From assembly GCA_002104895.1 (NCBI GenBank), contig MCFG01000081.1, positions 1 through 64,000 of the forward strand: a stretch of DNA of 64,000 nucleotides, written 5' to 3'. The notes beneath the pieces are model-generated. The model was not told the DNA's origin. It did not search any database and saw nothing but the letters and a program-made list of their open reading frames with translations. This document shows, piece after piece, positions 59,507-64,000 of the stretch. The DNA is from Anaeromyces robustus. Taxonomy: Eukaryota. The position numbers and the translations under genes are program-made. Numbering within the stretch: the stretch's first letter is position 1; each line of letters opens with the position of its first letter.

Positions 59507-61689
59507 TTTGTCTTATACTGTTTAATATTATACAATAAAATATATTGAATTTAGTTATATGTTTTAAATCATAATTAAGATATTATAAAAAAAAAAAAAA
59601 ATAAGTTTTTTAAAAAAAAAAAAGTTAAAGGTTTTTGTGTTTTTTGTAATCACAATCTTTAAATATAATCATTTTTTAATAAAATGTATTGATAAGTTTT
59701 TTTGTTTTTTATATTTTTGTGTTGAACATTAACAATTTCTTATATCATAAAGTTTTATGATCATAATAGTTGTTTTTTATCAATTGCTTTTTAATGTATT
59801 ATTTTAATTATTTTTTGTATACTTGATCTAAAAATTTATTATGTTTTAATAAAAGAATTGGATTTTTTTATGGAGATTTTAAAAAATAATAAAGACATTT
59901 TATTATTATTTATATATATATTAGCTTGATTATTATTTTACGAATTTATTTTATTAAAATTAAAAATTATATATATTTATTTTTCTATTAAAAAATTATT
60001 TGAAATTTCAAAGTATTATATTTATTTTTTTTTTCATTATTGTTAAAATTTACAAATTCTAAACATTTGAAATGAGAAACAATTAAGCGATATATTTCTC
60101 AAAACTTTTTCATTGTAATTATATAGTAGTTTTATTATAAACTTTTTTTAAATAACAATAAATGTATTATTCATCTTCTAATAAAATCTATAGCAAATGA
60201 ATAATACATTTATAATTTATGTTTAAATAATAACAAATAATTTTATAAATATACCAATTAATTATTAATATATGTAAAAAAAAAGATAATGTAAAAAATT
60301 TTTTAAGAATTTTCAATTGTTTTTAAATTAATATTTTTCCTGAATATAAATAGTGATTGATTTTCATAAATAACGATTATGAAATGTTAATACTCTTCTC
60401 CTTTTCTTTTATTTTTATAATAATATAATATAATATAATATAATATAATATAATATAATATAATATAATATAATATAATATAATAAATATTGGCTTTAAA
60501 AAATTATCAGATATATTTATTGAAAAAAAAAAAAAAAGGATCTTCTTTGTTGCTATTTATAATAACAAATAATGAATGAATTAAAATGACATTTTTTGAA
60601 ATGATTGATTAAAATGAAATTAAATTATTTAAATTTTATCATTTATTGATATAATTATTGTTAATAATATTAATGGTGATATATTTATATGAAAGTTCTT
60701 TTCCTTAATTATGAAAGAAAACATAATTATAATTAAAATTAATTTTAAGATCAATACCTTTTATCTTATTTTTTAAAATATATGGTGATTAAATATATAT
60801 AAAAAAAGTATAATAAAATATGGATTTTTAATAATATTATTTTTTTAAATATATAATATTAATTAAAAATTCTTATTTATAAATAAATATAAAACAATTT
60901 AAAAAAAAAAAAATTTATTAAAAAATATATATACTAAATATTTTTAAAATTAATTAAAAATTATTTATATATAATAATTAATCATTATTATAAAAATTAA
61001 TAATGATTAATGATTAATTATTATATCTATCATTTAATAATATATATTATAATTAGTATAATAAACATATAATATTAATATTAATAATAATATTATTTAT
61101 TATGATTTATAATTTTTACTTATTTATAACTTTTATTTTATTATTCACATATTATTATAAAAATAAGAAATAATTTTTATATATTTTTTAAATATATTTA
61201 ATTAATTTTTTTTACATTGTGTAGTACAAAGAAAAAAAAAAAATACATATTAATCTTTATAATATTTTCTAAGTTAATCGAATCCATTAATAATCTCTTA
61301 GAAATAGTAAATAATATTTAATGAATATGACAAAAAAAAAAATGAAAGTTTTTACCTTTTTCATTTTTTTATTTTTTTTTCATTTTATTTTATTTTTTAT
61401 TTTTATTTTTATTTTTATTTTTATTTTTATTTTTATATTATTTTTTATTTTTTTTTTATTTTTTTTTTTTATTTTTTACTTTTTTTTTTTAATTTTATTT
61501 ATTTATTTATCTATTTATCTATTTATTTATTTATTTATTTATCTATTTATCTATTTATTTATCTATTTATTTATTTATTTTTTATTATTCTTTATTCATT
61601 ATTATTATTTTTATAAATAATATTTTATATTATTTAAAAAGATAATGAATTATATATATATATATATTAATAAAATATTTATCTATTTT

Positions 61690-62040
61690 ATTATATCTTT
61701 ACACTTATTTTGTATTGGATCATTAATTCCCAAAAATATTTTTATTCAAACTTTAAATATGAATTCTAGTACTGTTTTCAAAGATTGGTTCGTATTTACC
61801 ATCTTCACGGTATTGGAGTTCAACTCCAACCTTTAATTTTTTGCAGTTAAGAACATCTAATTAAAATTAAAAATAAAATAAAATAAAATATATATTAACA
61901 TTTATTAATTTCTTTTTTATATGTAGATAGAGTTATATATTGTACATAATATTATACTTACTAGCATTAACATTTTCCAAAATTCTAACACTTGTACTTA
62001 ATTTAGAAGCAATAGATTCACAAGTATCACGTTTTTTAAT
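61690..62040 (-). pseudogene. Decayed LysM-domain gene remnant (exons ~62040-61962 and 61856-61753)
   Basis: Splicing across a GTAAGT..TTAG intron gives IKKRDTCESIASKLSTSVRILENVNANVLNCKKLKVGVELQY, a fungal-type LysM pattern (GDTC.SIA....S...L...N...C..L.VG..L). No AG acceptor directly upstream, stop at 61753-61755, and an out-of-frame second LysM-like tail (IKIFLGINDPIQNKCKDI). Confidence 0.7.
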
Positions 62041-62512
62041 ATAATAATAAAAATAAATAATAAAAATAATAATATAAAAATAATAATATAATACTTAAAA
62101 TATTTTATGTGATAAATTTGTAACAAAAAAATAATTATTAATTTTTTTTATTATATTTTTAAATATTATTATTAATAAATTTATATTTATATATACATTT
62201 TTTTATTTAAAAATTGATAAATTATTAATTATTAGGTTTAATATTATTTTTAAAAAAATTAATTAATATTAATATTAATATTTTTACAGTGTTATAGATT
62301 ATATTAATATTAATAAATAAGTATTTTAGTATATTATTGTTAAATTCATCCATTCAACTCTTTTCCTTTTTTTGAATTATTCCCTTCCAATATTAAAACC
62401 CTGGACAAATACAGAAATATTTCTTTCTGTATAAAATAAAATAAAATAAAATAAATAAAAAAAAAGAATAAATATTTACAATAATAAAATAAATAAAAAA
62501 AGAAATATTTAC

Positions 62513-62683
62513 TTTTTTTTTTTTTTTTTTTTTTTTATGGCACACAATTTGTACGTCACTTTTATTGAATTTAAATATTAAAATACATGAATCATAAAAA
62601 AACACATAATGAAAAAAATGATACTAAAAAAAAATAAAAAAACCAGTAAAATATTATAGATAATAATAAATAATACTGGAGGG
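62513..62683 (-). mobile_element. 5'-truncated non-LTR retroposon 3' end, copy B
   Basis: Poly(T) at 62513-62536, then sequence whose reverse complement aligns with 6211-6367. Flanked by direct repeat AAAAGAAATATTTAC (62498-62512 and 62684-62698). Confidence 0.85.
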
Positions 62684-63144
62684 AAAAGAAATATTTACAA
62701 TAATAAAATTTTAATAGTTATTTTAATGAAGTTTAAATTACATATAAAAATTGAAGATTAATTAAAAAAATATAATTTTTTTATAATAATATTATTATAT
62801 AACTTTATTATTATTTAATTTCTATATCTAATATTATAACTTTATTTATTAAATATACATTTCTTGTGTAGGAAATTTATATTTTTCCACTATTTTATTT
62901 CTAATTTAAATGTAAAATACTACTTTTGAATGTTTTTAAAGCAATTATAAAACTTTTTAAAATAATAAAAAAAATAATAAACATTTTAAAATGAATAAAA
63001 AAACAAATTAATTATGAAAATTAATATATAAAATAAAAAAAAAAAAGAAAAAATAAATAAATAAAGTAAATAAATATTATCTAAACATATACAAATTAAT
63101 TAAATTTTTTTTTTCTGAAAATTTTAAAGATGTGATATTTTAAA

Positions 63145-64000
63145 ATGAAATATAAAATAATCAAAAAAATATTATCAATAGATATATTTTTTAAAATATT
63201 ATATTTAATTTTCTTTTTCTCTTTATTATTATCTGAATCAATTGTTATAACAACCATCAAAAGTAATAGTCAAGATGAGTTATTTGAAGCTGTGGACATT
63301 CTTAATACCAAAGGAGGGACTATATATATAGATACTCCAGTAATTAATATAGATATAAAAAAGTCTATAACACTTAAAGGTTTAAATGAAGGTGGAATAA
63401 TCGGTATTCAACAGTCAAATGGTGAATTTCCTCGTATAGATTTCAAAAATGCTAGAAAAATAAATGCGACTAATTATGGTATTCATATATCGGGTTCCAA
63501 TCAATTTATAAAATATCTTATAGTAGAAAATGCAGCTAATAAAGGTATATATATTTCAGGAAATAATAATATAATCGATCATGTAATAGCGAGATATAAT
63601 AATAATTCTGGAATACAAGTTACTCATGGAGCAGAATATAATACCATAAGTTATAGTTATTCTTATAGAAACTGTGATTGTGCAAATTATGGAAAAGATG
63701 CAGATGGTTTCGCTCCAAAAATGAATTCGAGATTTACTGTTTTTAAATACTGTTTTGCATGGGATAATAGTGATGATGGATGGGATTCCTATGATAAAGA
63801 AGGAGATAATTCTATAGCAGTAACTTATTTACATTCTGCTTGTTGGAATAATGGAAATTTTAATGTTTTTACCGGAAAATATGATTATGATCATGGTAAG
63901 GAATTAGATAAAAATATGTGGACGATTCAACAACTTATGGAATCTGATGTTAATTTTGAAGAAAATTATAAAAATAGAAATTTTAATTTAAATAATGGAA
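63145..64000 (+). CDS. Secreted right-handed beta-helix polysaccharide lyase, PL9-like pectate lyase (3' end beyond window)
   Basis: Frame is open from ATG 63145 to the window end with no intron. Hydrophobic N-terminal leader, beta-helix repeats (GIHISGSNQ, GIYISGNNNII, NNNSGIQ), and PL9 motifs YSYRNCD..GKDADGFAPK and CFAWDNSDDGWDSY. Confidence 0.88.
   Translation, partial: MKYKIIKKILSIDIFFKILYLIFFFSLLLSESIVITTIKSNSQDELFEAVDILNTKGGTIYIDTPVINIDIKKSITLKGLNEGGIIGIQQSNGEFPRIDFKNARKINATNYGIHISGSNQFIKYLIVENAANKGIYISGNNNIIDHVIARYNNNSGIQVTHGAEYNTISYSYSYRNCDCANYGKDADGFAPKMNSRFTVFKYCFAWDNSDDGWDSYDKEGDNSIAVTYLHSACWNNGNFNVFTGKYDYDHGKELDKNMWTIQQLMESDVNFEENYKNRNFNLNNG

Overview
Extremely AT-rich, intron-rich eukaryotic DNA. 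It is most consistent with an anaerobic gut fungus (Neocallimastigomycota); this is inferred from composition, poly-Asn proteins, a flagellar central-pair gene and an intronless bacterial-type PL9 lyase. I assembled these genes by hand from GT-AG exons: an Asn-rich C2H2 zinc-finger factor (20.0-23.6 kb), SNF7/VPS32, a CFAP119/C1a-32-like flagellar gene, a ~1400-aa atypical Ras-like protein, an EF-hand MscS-like channel, RPN5, a decayed LysM remnant, and a secreted PL9 pectate lyase that runs off the right end. The gene-poor stretches (1-20 kb, 40-52 kb) hold two decayed LINE remnants, tandem duplications and microsatellites. Three nested 5'-truncated copies of one retroposon 3' end, each with poly(A) and a target-site duplication, lie at 6.1, 50.3 and 62.5 kb. 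The most striking observations are: a 63-bp GC-rich island inside a 12-bp inverted repeat that translates as a piece of Firmicute-type TypA/BipA; the degenerate, insertion-bearing Ras domain; and about half of the introns ending in A-rich AAG acceptors. All homology calls come from motif recognition, not database searches.
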